DNA of 64,000 bases from Octopus bimaculoides (Eukaryota): positions 55,340,743 to 55,404,742 of the forward strand of contig NC_068987.1 of assembly GCF_001194135.2 (NCBI RefSeq). The letters are read 5' to 3'. Under the pieces are notes generated by a model. That model saw nothing but the letters and a program-made list of their open reading frames with translations, was not told the origin of the DNA and did no database searches. Within the stretch, counting starts at the first letter, position 1; the number at the start of each line of letters is the position of its first letter. Made by a program: the position numbers and the translations under genes. Below, in pieces: positions 1-11,489 of this stretch.

Positions 1-38
<38 letters not shown>
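1..38. repeat. (AT)n microsatellite
   Basis: Pure AT dinucleotide run at window start. Confidence 0.95.
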
Positions 39-42
<4 letters not shown>

Positions 43-1385
43 AGTATTCAGGCTGTATATAGAACAAACAAGAAAGAAATTAATAAGATGAAATAGAGCT
101 CAATACATGAATGGATACATATGCATGCTTAGCATTTTTTAATCGGTGGAAAGTTATGAAAGTGACCCAAAGGCTGAGAGTTTCCTGTTCGGCCCTTTGG
201 CCACTTCAATAACTTACTGACTTATTACCGATTAATATATATATATGAACTTAAAAGAAATGTTAACTTTTTTAATACGCTTAGATATCTAGATTTTGTT
301 GAAAAGTAGAAGTGTATTTGATGACGGATCAAAGCGCACACATGCTGTCCAATATAAATACGTTTACGTCTATAGAACCGTTCCTTACATAGTTCTATCC
401 AAATTGTTATTTTTAATTTTATTAAAATTGTGTATTTTTTCTTTTAGTCTCTCTGGGAAAATTGATAACTGATGCTTTGAAAGAAAAAAAATTTAATTCG
501 ATTAGAAATAATAATAATGATAATAGTAATAATAATATATTGTGATATTGATAATCAAATGGCAACGAAAATTGCATTTAATTTTAAATCAGCAAAACAT
601 TTGCCAGATACACTGCTATCTTATATATAGAGGGAGAGAAAGTTGTGTATATGATTGTATATATGTGCGCATGTATATATATATATATAATATATATATG
701 TCAATCTATCTATCTATATATANNNNNNNNNNNNNNNNNNNNNNNNNNNNNNNNNNNNNNNNNNNNNNNNNNNNNNNNNNNNNNNNNNNNNNNNNNNNNN
801 NNNNNNNNNNNNNNNNNNNNNNNNNNNNNNNNNNNNNNNNNNNNNNNNNNNNNNNNNNNNNNNNNNNNNNNNNNNNNNNNNNNNNNNNNNNNNNNNNNNN
901 NNNNNNNNNNNNNNNNNNNNNNNNNNNNNNNNNNNNNNNNNNNNNNNNNNNNNNNNNNNNNNNNNNNNNNNNNNNNNNNNNNNNNNNNNNNNNNNNNNNN
1001 NNNNNNNNNNNNNNNNNNNNNNNNNNNNNNNNNNNNNNNNNNNNNNNNNNNNNNNNNNNNNNNNNNNNNNNNNNNNNNNNNNNNNNNNNNNNNNNNNNNN
1101 NNNNNNNNNNNNNNNNNNNNNNNNNNNNNNNNNNNNNNNNNNNNNNNNNNNNNNNNNNNNNNNNNNNNNNNNNNNNNNNNNNNNNNNNNNNNNNNNNNNN
1201 NNNNNNNNNNNNNNNNNNNNNNNNNNNNNNNNNNNNNNNNNNNNNNNNNNNNNNNNNNNNNNNNNNNNNNNNNNNNNNNNNNNNNNNNNNNNNNNNNNNN
1301 NNNNNNNNNNNNNNNNNNNNNNNNNNNNNNNNNNNNNNNNNNNNNNNNNNNNNNNNNNNNNNNNNNNNNNNNNNNNNNNNNNNNN

Positions 1386-1630
1386 AGTGTAGTGGGTGCT
1401 TTTACGTGCCACCGGCACGAAGGCCAGTCAGGTGGTACTGGCAATGGCCATGCTCAAAATTGTATATTTTACGTGCCACCTGCACAGGAGCCAGTCCAGT
1501 GGCACTGGCAACGATCTCACTCGAATGACTTTTCACATGTCACCGGCACAAATGGCAGGAACGTGAAGCTGCGGCACAAGTGCCAGGAAGGCGACGCTGG
1601 TAACGATCATGCTCGAAAGATGGTGCCATC
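1386..1630 (-). mobile_element. RTE-type LINE 3' UTR fragment with internal ~67-bp subrepeats
   Basis: Reverse complement of 1386-1410 equals CACGTAAAAGCACCCACTACACT at 25408, in the RTE copy at 24815-25594; also homologous to 39640-39800. Confidence 0.8.
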
Positions 1631-1761
1631 ACGATTTCGCTATATATATATATATCTCACTTGTTTCAATCATTGGACTGTGGTCATGCTGGGACTCCAG
1701 AAGTTATGGGAGTGTCATATATTTATTGATATGCAAATTTTAGCAAGGAAATGAAATAAGA

Positions 1762-2005
1762 TATCATCATCATTTAACATTCACTTGTTCATGCTTGCAA
1801 GGATCAGATAGAATTTGTTGAGACAGATTTTCTACAGTTAGATGTCCTTCCTGTAGCCAACCTTCACACGTTTCCATGTAAGGTAATGTTTCCAACAGCC
1901 TGACATGTTTTTCACTGATGACTGGAAATGAGCAATTTTGCTTCTATGATGATGACGATACTCATTTACAACCATCAAGTGATGTCTAGACTTGGGTGCA
2001 CTCAG
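1762..2005 (-). mobile_element. Short non-autonomous retroposon with RTE-like (CAT)n tail
   Basis: catcatcatttaac...ttccatgcttgca...gatgcc/tccttcctgt motif; related copies at ~23035-23270, 54545-54700, 57230-57450, 62790-63150. Confidence 0.6.
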
Positions 2006-2269
2006 ACAGACACACACACACACACTCACCCACATATTTACATAGAGACATATATAGAGATAAAACAAATGAAACCGCTTGGGCTAAACATACAAAATAT
2101 ACATATATATGTATATATATAGATGTAAATAGAGGAAACAAAAACCGAAAATATGCAGATGATGAATATTCATATATAATGGACTCTCCCATTGAAGATG
2201 ATATACGCCACAAATCAACCTCCACAAATGATTTGTTAATAGTGATCAAATGTATGTGCTGTACATTAG

Positions 2270-2462
2270 CTCACTCCCTCCATCAAATCGCTGTTACCTG
2301 AACAGGTGCATGGTGTACCACATGTCAGGTGTCAAAGTGATCACAGAGTGATGTGATATGAAGTGTTTTATTGAAGAACACAATGCACAACCTGGTCTAG
2401 GAACTGAAACCATGATCTCACAGTTGTGAGTGCACCCCCCCTAACCACTAGGCCATGCATCC
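2270..2462 (-). mobile_element. Old tRNA-derived SINE (family D-like head)
   Basis: Minus strand reads gcatggcctagtggttagggg...gtttcagttcctagacc (A/B-box-like), similar to the head at 24150. Confidence 0.6.
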
Positions 2463-2904
2463 TCATTCATATGTAAATATATAGATATATATTAATTGAG
2501 CAAACTTACATAGAGTGCAATGACACAGAAAATTAAGGGGACAAGGTATGGTTTACACACACACACACACACACACATATGCATGTAAGTGGGAGTGATC
2601 ACCAGCAATAGTTGTTTCTGGAGGCTCGGAATTACTTCATAAAGTTGTTAGATGTAGTTCACAAAAAGTCAAGGGTATGGAACAAGTAGTAGAAGCATGT
2701 AAACATTAGGTAAAATCCAGCCTCTGTTTTCAGGATGGAGAGATGATAACACGCACTTCTTTCAATTTTCATCTAACAAGTATACTCACAGCGTTTTGGT
2801 TAGCCTGGGGCTAGAGTATAGGACATTTGCCCAAGGTGCCATGCAGTAGGACTGAACACAAGACCACAGGCTAGAGTGGTTCTCAATGCCTTCCACCTTC
2901 ACAG

Positions 2905-3300
2905 CCTAAGACAGATTCTGAACATCAAATAAACTGACAGAGTCATCAATAATGAAGTTCTGACTTGCATGCCTCTTTATCCTATTGCAACAATGATATA
3001 TGTCTGACGGAAAGACCTCTGCTTCCAGCTGGAGGATGACAGCATGTTTGTTTCGAAGATGTCTGTAACATGACATCTCTTTACATGAATGTTGAAAGAT
3101 AGGAGGCTGTTGTTAGTGAACACTCCCACTCATTTTCTTCAAGGTATGTAATTAGTTTCTTTTTGGCAATTCATTACATTACGTTCCTGATGTATGAGGC
3201 CAGAGAAATAGTCCGATAATTTTGAACACTGACTCTGTTTCCATCTTTATGGGACATATATGCCTGGAAGCTTGCCACTTGAAGAAAGGTTTGAAAGAGA
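2905..3300 (+). mobile_element. Degenerate RTE-like LINE C-terminal fragment
   Basis: Frameshifted remnants resembling the RTE C-terminus (NNEVL...; WR...HV...); many stops. Confidence 0.4.
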
Positions 3301-3421
3301 GACTTCATTGTTATATATTTTAGAAGAATTGCTAGGAATCCTTGTTACACATTTTTAGGGCTTGTTACACATTTCTAGGATTGCTAGGTATCCTTCAGGG
3401 CCAGTCACTGAGTTCATATAT

Positions 3422-3487
<66 letters not shown>

Positions 3488-3497
3488 GTATATATAT

Positions 3498-4200
3498 GGC
3501 ACCTTGGGCAAGTGTCTTCTACTATAGCCTTGGGCCGACCAAAGCCTTGTGAGTGGATTTGGTAGATGGAAACTGAAAGAAGCCTGTTGTATATATGTAT
3601 ATATATATATGTGTGTGTATGTTGTGTATCTGTGTTTGTCCCCCCCCAACTTCGCTTGTCAACCGATGCTGGTGTGTTTAGGTCCCCGTAACTTAGCGGT
3701 TTGGCAGACGAGACCAATAGAATAAGTACTAGGCTTACAAAGAATAAGTCCTGGGGTCAATTTGATTCGACTAAAGGTGGTGCTCCAGCATGGCCACAGT
3801 TAAATGATTGAAACAAGTAAAAGAGTAAAGAGTATATGCACAGGTGTGACTGTGTGGTAAGAAGCTTGCTTCCCAACCACATGGTTCTGGGTTCAGTCCC
3901 ACTGCAGGGCATCTTGGATAAATGTCTTCTACTATAGCCTCAGGCCGACAAAAGCCTTGCAAGTGGAAAAAGCTCATTGTATATATATATATATATATAT
4001 ATATCTATGTGAGTATATCTTTGAGTTTGTCCCCCATCATTGCTTGACAACCAGTGTTGGTGTGATAATGTCCCCATAGCTTAGCAGTTTGGCAAAGAGA
4101 CCAATAGAATAAGTACTAGGCTAAAAAAATAAGTCCTGGGGTTAAATTGTTCAACAATAACATTCCTAGGCAGTGCTGTAGCATGGCTGCAATCATATGA
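3498..4200 (+). mobile_element. Two tandem copies of SINE family A (3498-3832, 3838-4200)
   Basis: gcaccttgggcaagtgtcttctactatagcc...internal (TA)n/(TG)n...gactgaaacaagtaaaagag; CORE-like ccttgggcaagt segment. Confidence 0.9.
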
Positions 4201-4369
4201 CTGTCACTGAAATTTGATGATTTTTTTTATGTCTCCTTTCTTCTGGAAGAGCTTGATGTATTGGTGAACAGTCAATGGCATTTGAAGAGCATAAAGATTA
4301 GAGTTGTAGCTGAGAAAAAGTTAACTGATGTAGAAGAGTGGAATCTGTCAGAATATTAGGAAAGTGTTA

Positions 4370-4960
4370 CCTGTGTCATGATGATTTGCATTGAATATCA
4401 AAGTGTGAAAACCATAGCTGCTGCTCAATTCTCTTTGAACATTGTAAAAGTTTTAAGACATGATATGGATGTCATAGAAACTTAGTTCTCCCAAACTGTG
4501 ATGGACTTTGGGTATGTCTCCAGTGACATATTTGCTCCTCCAAATCTTTGGTCAAGACCTTAAGTTCAATTCAGACAGATTTGTGAAGCTGCAGAAGATT
4601 GTGTTGTCTGACACTGGCTGGAGAGGATTGCTGCTGGAAGGCCATATGCATAGCAATGGGATTCAGTTCCTTGCTGTATCTCCAGAGAGGCAGAAGTGGT
4701 TGTCTGGAGGATTTCTTTGACTTCACTAACCCCAATTTCTGGTCTCCTAATTCTTCCAATTATAATCCCATGGATGATTATGCGTGGGGCATGCTTGAAA
4801 ATGACACTAACCAACCTCTCTGCCTGCAACACCAAGACTGAGCTGGTGAGTTATTTCAAGGAGAAATAACTCATCCCGCATTGAATTCAGGAGTGGTAGA
4901 TACTGATATTTTGCTATTATTGCGGCTTGTCAAAACTATGTACCTGAATTGAACTGAAAC
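4370..4960 (+). mobile_element. Degenerate Tc1/mariner DD37D (maT-like) transposase fragment
   Basis: Frames give QKWLS..F / FWSPNSSNYNPMDDYAWGMLE (WPPxSPDxNPxDY motif); homologous to 20289-20630. Confidence 0.75.
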
Positions 4961-5234
4961 AGATCACTACCCATGTCTATGACTTATATAGAAATAGTGT
5001 GAAATCTATTTGCTGATGTGCCATGGTCTAAGCATATATGAAAGTAAATTAAATTATGAATGAAAAGCAGTTCTGGTCATGTAAACATTATTGATCACAC
5101 ATACATAGGGTATGTGTTTTGTTTATAAGCCAGATTGCTGCAAGGTAGTATCTGGGATAACTCGCTGAACAATGGTGAGTGTTGAAGAACACCTGAATGT
5201 TGATAATATTTACATTACCAGAGCTGTGTGAAGA

Positions 5235-5555
5235 TGCATTGTTTAGTGATTAGGGTGTTCAGTTCATGATTGCAAGGTTGTGAGTTCAATTCTTGGCAAC
5301 ACATTGTCTCCTTGAACAAGACACTTTATTTCATGTTTCTCCAATTCACTCGGTTGTCAAAAATGTGTAGTTCCTGTATTTCAAAGGGCCAGCCTTGTCA
5401 CATTCTGTGTCATTCTGAATCTCCCTGAGAACTACATTAAGGGTACACACGTATGTGGAGTGCTCAGCCATATGCACATTAATTTCCTGAGCAGGCTGTT
5501 CCGTTGATCAGATCAACTGGAACCTCATTGTCGTAACCGACAGAGTGCCAGTTAG
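5235..5555 (+). mobile_element. Chimeric tRNA-SINE: family D-like 5' half plus family B 3' half
   Basis: 5' ttgaacaagacactttatttc matches 24241; 3' cagccttgtcaca...gagaactac...gatcaactggaacc matches 17430-17560. Confidence 0.75.
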
Positions 5556-6000
5556 TTACCAGAGCTGCTTTTGATTTGTAATTTAATTTACTTTCACATG
5601 TGCTTAGCTGTGGCACATCAGCAAAGAGATTCACTCTATTTCCCTATAAGCCATAGACAAGGTGATTGATTTGTTTTTGTTTGATTCAGGTGCATGGCAA
5701 AATATTGGTAACTACCACTTATGAATTCAATCTGGAGTGAGTTATCTCACCTGGTATATGACAGTCAGGTGTTCTTTAACACTCAGAATTGTCCAGGGAT
5801 CTATTCCAGACACTATTCTGCAGGAAATCGACTTATAAACAAAATACATACACTATGTATGTATGATCTACGGGATTGCTCTCCCTAAGCAATACTTTGT
5901 GCTTCTAACTCCTTGATGCTACTAGCTAGATCCTGGACTATACCTGAGAGGTCTTATGGTGCCTGCTTGGGTAATTTATCACTATATACTCATCATATAT

Positions 6001-6394
6001 GTTGTTGGCACTCCGTCGCTTATGACGTCGAGGGTTCCAGCTGATCCGATCAACGGAACAGCCTGCTCGTGAAATTAACGTGCAAGTGGCTGAGCACTCT
6101 ACAGACACGTGTACCCTTAACATAATTCTCAGGAGATATTCAGTGTGACACAGTGTGACAAGGCTGACCCTTTGAATTACAGGCACAACAGAAACAGGAA
6201 GTAAGAATGAGAGAAAGTTGTGGTGAAAGAGTACAGCAGGGTTCGCCACCATCCCCTGCCGGAGCCTCGTGGAGCTTTAGGTGTTTTCGCTCAATGAACA
6301 CAACGCCTGGTCTGGGAATNNNNNNNNNNCAACGCCTGGTCTGGGAATCGAAATCGCGATCCTATGACTGCGAGTCCACTACCCTAACCACTGA
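6001..6394 (-). mobile_element. SINE family B (tRNA-derived, (CAA)n tail)
   Basis: Reverse complement of 17210-17590; interrupted by a 10-N gap. Confidence 0.9.
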
Positions 6395-6574
6395 AGATTC
6401 AGAAAATTTATATTACATACATATAAGAGGGATGACCACTAAGTGGACATCCCTTTTGCTAGAAGAAAACCACCTATGGTCTGATCACTAAGAAAAGATT
6501 GTTCTCAAGAAAATTCAGCAAACATCAGAATGTAAGTGAGCATGACAAATGAAAAGATACAAAATATAAGGATT

Positions 6575-6648
6575 AATCATAGACCGGTTTCGTTGTCAAC
6601 TACTTATATAATTACTTACATAATTGTCTGCACCTCTTCAATATGATT
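6575..6648 (-). ncRNA. Type I hammerhead-ribozyme-like motif (C3U variant, long helix II)
   Basis: Minus strand: AATCATA-TTGAAGA-[43 nt]-GAAA-CCGG-TC-TATGATT; 7-bp perfect helix I, palindromic ACCGGT helix III, GUC site. Confidence 0.6.
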
Positions 6649-6760
6649 GTCTTTGCAATGTAATTTGCAGAACTATACATGAGATGTCCACATGAGATTG
6701 AACATGTATATCATTCTACCATTACATTTGGGGTTATATTTAAAAAATTTTCACTTTGAA

Positions 6761-6925
6761 AAGGGATCAGCTTTACGCCTCACCATGCACTGCAAGTTTT
6801 AGACGCTAAAGCCCCTATTACCATGTTAAAATCTCTGGGAATAACACTCGGAGATTTTAAGGTGGTAATAAGGGCTTTGGCATCTATTTCTTGCAGTGCG
6901 TGGTGAGGCTTAAAGCTGATCCCTT
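6761..6925. repeat. 165-bp palindrome / foldback MITE
   Basis: AAGGGATCAGCTTTA... and ...TAAAGCTGATCCCTT arms of ~75 bp around a ~10-nt loop. Confidence 0.85.
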
Positions 6926-7189
6926 GTTATAATTACGTATATATTTATGAAATATTTTGTAAAATTTATACATGAGGTTTTTATTTTCGCACTGACCCCT
7001 TGGCAAAATTATTATTGATTTTACCCTTGTAATATAATATAATGTAATATATATATATATATATATATATATNNNNNNNNNNNNNNNNNNNNNNNNNNNN
7101 NNNNNNNNNNNNNNNNNNNNNNNNNNNNNNNNNNNNNNNNNNNNNNNNNNNNNNNNNNNNNNNNNNNNNNNNATATATATATATATATA

Positions 7190-7800
7190 TCTTCATGTTC
7201 ATTTGCAATGAGCATATCCATTAGCCAGTTCTGAAAAATTTGCAGATAAACATCGCCAGTCATTTTCCCCAAAAGGAAAATGGGCCATGAAGATGCCTCT
7301 TGGAGATGGTGCAGAACGCATTCACGTTTGGTGAGTCCCTCTCATCCCCAACTGTGGCATGGGCATCTTCTTCGCCCTAAATGCAAATATTATGCTCATT
7401 GACTTTGCCATTTATATGAAATGTGGCCTTATCACTGAAAACAAGATGTTCCTTGAACTTGGCTTCAAGTTTTGCTTGCATATCAATACAGAATTGTTTG
7501 CACTATTGCTTGTTCTCTGCCATTATGGCCTGAATGAGCTGCAGTTTGTAGGATTTCATTAGTAAGCATTTCCTCAGGACAAGCCAATCTGTCATTGGAG
7601 GAATCTGGGTTATCAAACTTGTTCATCTTATGAACTTCTTGGGGCTTCCCAAGAAGTTTTGGCGAACCTGGTTGACCATCTCTTTTGATGTTAGTGGTCA
7701 TCCAGATCCCTTTGCTCTGCATAGACAGCCTTCCTCTTTGAATTTTTTTTGTGCATTGGTGACTTTTTAGAGAACTCTCTCACAAATGCATGCTGCATAG
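7190..7800 (-). mobile_element. Degenerate Tc1/mariner-superfamily transposase (DUF4817-like N-terminus)
   Basis: Minus frames give KKFKEEGCLCRAKGSG and ILFSDKATFHINGKVNEHNI, matching the FSDEAxFHxxGxVNxHN motif. Confidence 0.7.
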
Positions 7801-7836
7801 TCTTGTTCGATGCACCACCATTTTGCTACACTGTTA

Positions 7837-9060
7837 TTACTGAGAGCCTCCTCCAATATGTGGCGCTTGGTGAAGAATGGAGTTTGATGTAGCTACCCTC
7901 ATTTGCACCTCTTGCCATGAGGTAGGTTCATCTAGGACTCTTGACAGGAAGAGGTCCAGCTTTGATTTAAAAACCCCTACATCTACTTTGTGCAGGTTCC
8001 TTAGGCTCTTTGGGAGAATATTAAAAAGCTGTGGGCCCCTGAAACTCAAACTGTTGCAGTAACTGAATGTTCTCAGGATCCAGCCAGCCAGTCGTCTGCA
8101 CTTTGTCGCCATCCTGGTAATGTGCACTTGGAAAGAGGTATCATCACTCATGTCAATANNNNNNNNNNNNNNNNNNNNNNNNNNNNNNNNNNNNNNNNNN
8201 NNNNNNNNNNNNNNNNNNNNNNNNNNNNNNNNNNNNNNNNNNNNNNNNNNNNNNNNNNNNNNNNNNNNNNNNNNNNNNNNNNNNNNNNNNNNNNNNNNNN
8301 NNNNNNNNNNNNNNNNNNNNNNNNNNNNNNNNNNNNNNNNNNNNNNNNNNNNNNNNNNNNNNNNNNNNNNNNNNNNNNNNNNNNNNNNNNNNNNNNNNNN
8401 NNNNNNNNNNNNNNNNNNNNNNNNNNNNNNNNNNNNNNNNNNNNNNNNNNNNNNNNNNNNNNNNNNNNNNNNNNNNNNNNNNNNNNNNNNNNNNNNNNNN
8501 NNNNNNNNNNNNNNNNNNNNNNNNNNNNNNNNNNNNNNNNNNNNNNNNNNNNNNNNNNNNNNNNNNNNNNNNNNNNNNNNNNNNNNNNNNNNNNNNNNNN
8601 NNNNNNNNNNNNNNNNNNNNNNNNNNNNNNNNNNNNNNNNNNNNNNNNNNNNNNNNNNNNNNNNNNNNNNNNNNNNNNNNNNNNNNNNNNNNNNNNNNNN
8701 NNNNNNTATATTACGTCCACATTTGTGTTGCTGAGTAACTGCCTCAACACCCAGTCATAATGTTGTAAGAGCTGGGTCAGGCAGCTCCTATCTGGTCGAA
8801 AGCCATGCTGGGTATCACTCAGCAAGTTATTTTTTTCAAGGAATGCGATTAGTTTTCCTCTGACTATCCTTTCCATGACTTTGCTGATGTGTGAAGTCAG
8901 AGAGATACGCCTATAGTTTTTGGCATCTGCTCTGCTTCCCCCTTTATGGATTGAGCATATTATTCCCTCCTTCAGCTTGCTTGGCAGTCTGCCATTTGCA
9001 AGAAAGCTCTGGAAGAGGATCTGGAGGGATTTTGCCAGGGCTGTCATAAACTGTCCGAAT
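7837..9060 (-). mobile_element. CR1/Jockey-group LINE reverse transcriptase fragment (gapped)
   Basis: IHKGGSRADAKNYRRISLTSHISKVMERIV...QHGFRPDRSCLTQLL and C-terminal GPQLFNILP...FKSKLDLFL. Confidence 0.9.
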
Positions 9061-9069
9061 GCTTCAATT

Positions 9070-10005
9070 TCATAAGCGATAAAACAATTTCAATGTTTTA
9101 TTGCTTATGGAAAGCTCAAAATGCTTAGATAAGTTATGATCAGTAGGAGAGATATCAGGGGAATAAGAAGGATGTTGCAAAATCTCATAATTCAGAGTCT
9201 GCAACTTTTGGACCATAACTTGAGGAGTGTGAGGATGTGCATTGTTGTGGAGCAAAATTGGGTCATCTCTATTCACTAGTCTAGGTTGCTTCTTTTTCAA
9301 ACTCTCATGCATTCAATCAATTTCCTGGCAATATGATGCTGCTGTTACCGTTTTTCCTTGTTGAAAAAATGAATAATGAATAACTCCCTTCGCAGACCAC
9401 CATACAGTAACCACTAACTTTTTAGGGTGTAATGGTGGGTTTGGGAAATGTTTAAGTGACTCTCCTGCAACTAATCACTGTCCTGTAGTCAAAGAGTATC
9501 CAATTCTCATCACAAGTAATGATTTAATGCAAAAATGGTCTTTTTCCAATCAAGAAAGCAATAAGGAGCACACTTGGAGGTGTCTGTTTTCTTGAATCTC
9601 ATTCAGTTGACATGGAACAAACTTATCCGATTTCTTGACTTTTCCAATTTTTTACAGGTGTCCAAAAACAGTTGAGCAAGATGTTTGGATTTCTGATGAA
9701 AGTTTTTGAACCTTTGTTCTTGGATTTTGCTCAACCAAAGCATTTAATCCATCATACTGAATAACTGATTTTGGCCTACCCTTTGGTTTATTTTCAAGGC
9801 TATCATCTCCCGAATGACGGTTTTGGAACCATCTCTGAACAGTTCTGATGTTAACAAAACCATTACCAAAGTTCCACTTGATATTCCGTAGAGCTTCTGT
9901 AGCAGAGTGACCCAGTTTGTACTCATACGAGAAAATCACTCAACATAGTTTTGTTATCATCATTTTCATAAGGGCTGTGGGTACAAATTTTGTATACCAA
10001 TATCG
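9070..10005 (-). mobile_element. Mariner (Hsmar1/SETMAR-like) transposase fossil
   Basis: YEYKLGHSATEALRNI...RTVQRWF...KGRP; PILLHNNAHPH...HPSYSPDISPTD; stops and frameshifts. Confidence 0.9.
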
Positions 10006-10096
10006 TTGGGAAAGGAAAAGAGTCAAGATTAAATGCAAGGTATACATAATTGAGTTTTTATATGACTGAAACGACTAGTGATTAAAACAATCAAAT

Positions 10097-10123
10097 ATAT
10101 GTATATATACAGGTGTGTGTGTG

Positions 10124-10158
<35 letters not shown>

Positions 10159-10347
10159 CTCTCTCTCTCTCTTTCGGAGAGAGGCACAAGCACATACACA
10201 TATGTATATATATATGTGGATATATATATGTATATATACATATATATATCTATGTATATATATATATATGTATATATGTATAAATGTATATTTATGTATA
10301 TATATCTGCATTGAGCAGATAGATTCCAATGTATATGTATATATATG

Positions 10348-10381
<34 letters not shown>

Positions 10382-10545
10382 NNNNNNNNNNTATATATAT
10401 ATATGTATATATGTATAAATGTATATTTATGTATATATATCAATGTATATGTATATATATGTATATATATGTATATATATGTATGTGTGTGTGTGTGTAT
10501 GTATGTATATGTATATATATGTATATATATATATATATATGTATG
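10097..10545. repeat. Compound (TA)/(TG)/(TATG)/(TC) microsatellite
   Basis: Low-complexity tract spanning a 10-N gap. Confidence 0.9.
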
Positions 10546-10547
10546 TA

Positions 10548-10735
10548 TTCCAACCACATGGTTCTAGATCCATTCCCACTGCATGGCACCTTGTGCAAGT
10601 GTCTTCTACTATAGTCTCGGGCTGACCAAAGCCTTGTGAGTGGATTTGGTAGACAGAAATTGAAAGAAGCCTGTTGTATATGTGTACACATATATATATA
10701 TGTGTGTGTGTATATGTTTGTGTCTGTGTTTGTCC
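10548..10735 (+). mobile_element. Partial SINE family A
   Basis: ccaaccacatggttctag...ggcaccttgtgcaagtgtcttc...gtgtttgtcc, truncated. Confidence 0.85.
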
Positions 10736-11462
10736 TGGTTTTAGCTTTAGGGTTAGGGTTCGAGTTTTAGAGTTAGGTTTGGGTTTTAGGGTCAGGGTTA
10801 GGATTTTAGGGTGAGGGATAGGGTTTTAGAGTTAGGGTTTTAGATAATCTCGTTGCAAACCACTCACCCAATGAGTATTTTTTCCAAATTTGGTGAAAAT
10901 CTGTTCAACAAATTTTCGGTAATTTTCTATGTACTGTATACTCAGTAGCACATTTTCTAAATGATGGTAGAGTTTGATTTGAGGAAGATTTGGCTGCTAT
11001 TTCTAGGAAATGAAGCAACTATTTGAAAGCTCTTTCTTTCAGCTATTTTGTTGGCTTGATTCCCTTACCCTAAAACCCTAATCCTGACTCTAAAACCCGA
11101 ACCCTAGCCCTAAAACCCTAAAGCTAAAATCAGTACAATGCACGAATGATGCCACAAATAACAGTACCGCTGATAGTTGTTGTTGACAAACAACGGCAGT
11201 AATTTTATTCAAGGGAAAAGATCCCATTACACCGCCAGAACGTGTTGTTGACAAACCACAGCAGTAATTGTTTTCACCTCAAATAACGTCAGTGATTGGT
11301 TGAAATTATCGAAATACAACAATTTTAAACATGAAATAACTTCGAATATAAAAATTTTTTCTCTGTTCTATAAGACAAAATATACAAGTATACGAAGTTT
11401 TAAAGTGTTTCGGTAGAAAACACACTAAATAAAAAATGGTGTCCACCAAATCAGAAAGATCC
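10735..11462. mobile_element. Foldback element carrying degenerate TTAGGG/CCCTAA arrays
   Basis: 10735-10843 and 11062-11131 are inverted degenerate telomere-like arrays; 11290-11462 is the reverse complement of 42391-42570. Confidence 0.65.
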
Positions 11463-11489
11463 GTAATTTCATTAAATTTCTATATCTTT

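Noticed and set aside
542-1754. Long ORFs across N gaps (also 8120-8760, 42884-43743, 44308-44997 and others)
   Set aside because: Open only because N runs contain no stops.
6300-6348. Direct repeat caacgcctggtctgggaat around a 10-N gap; similar duplication at 10258-10445
   Set aside because: Typical unmerged contig overlap, an assembly artefact.
10029-10691. YI/HT/VC-repeat ORFs (also near 3342-3717, 33515, 39427, 59898)
   Set aside because: Translations of TA/CA/TG microsatellites and SINEs.
10735-11131. Ancient telomere-telomere chromosome fusion site
   Set aside because: Arrays are short, degenerate and embedded in a repeat family with another copy at 42.4 kb.
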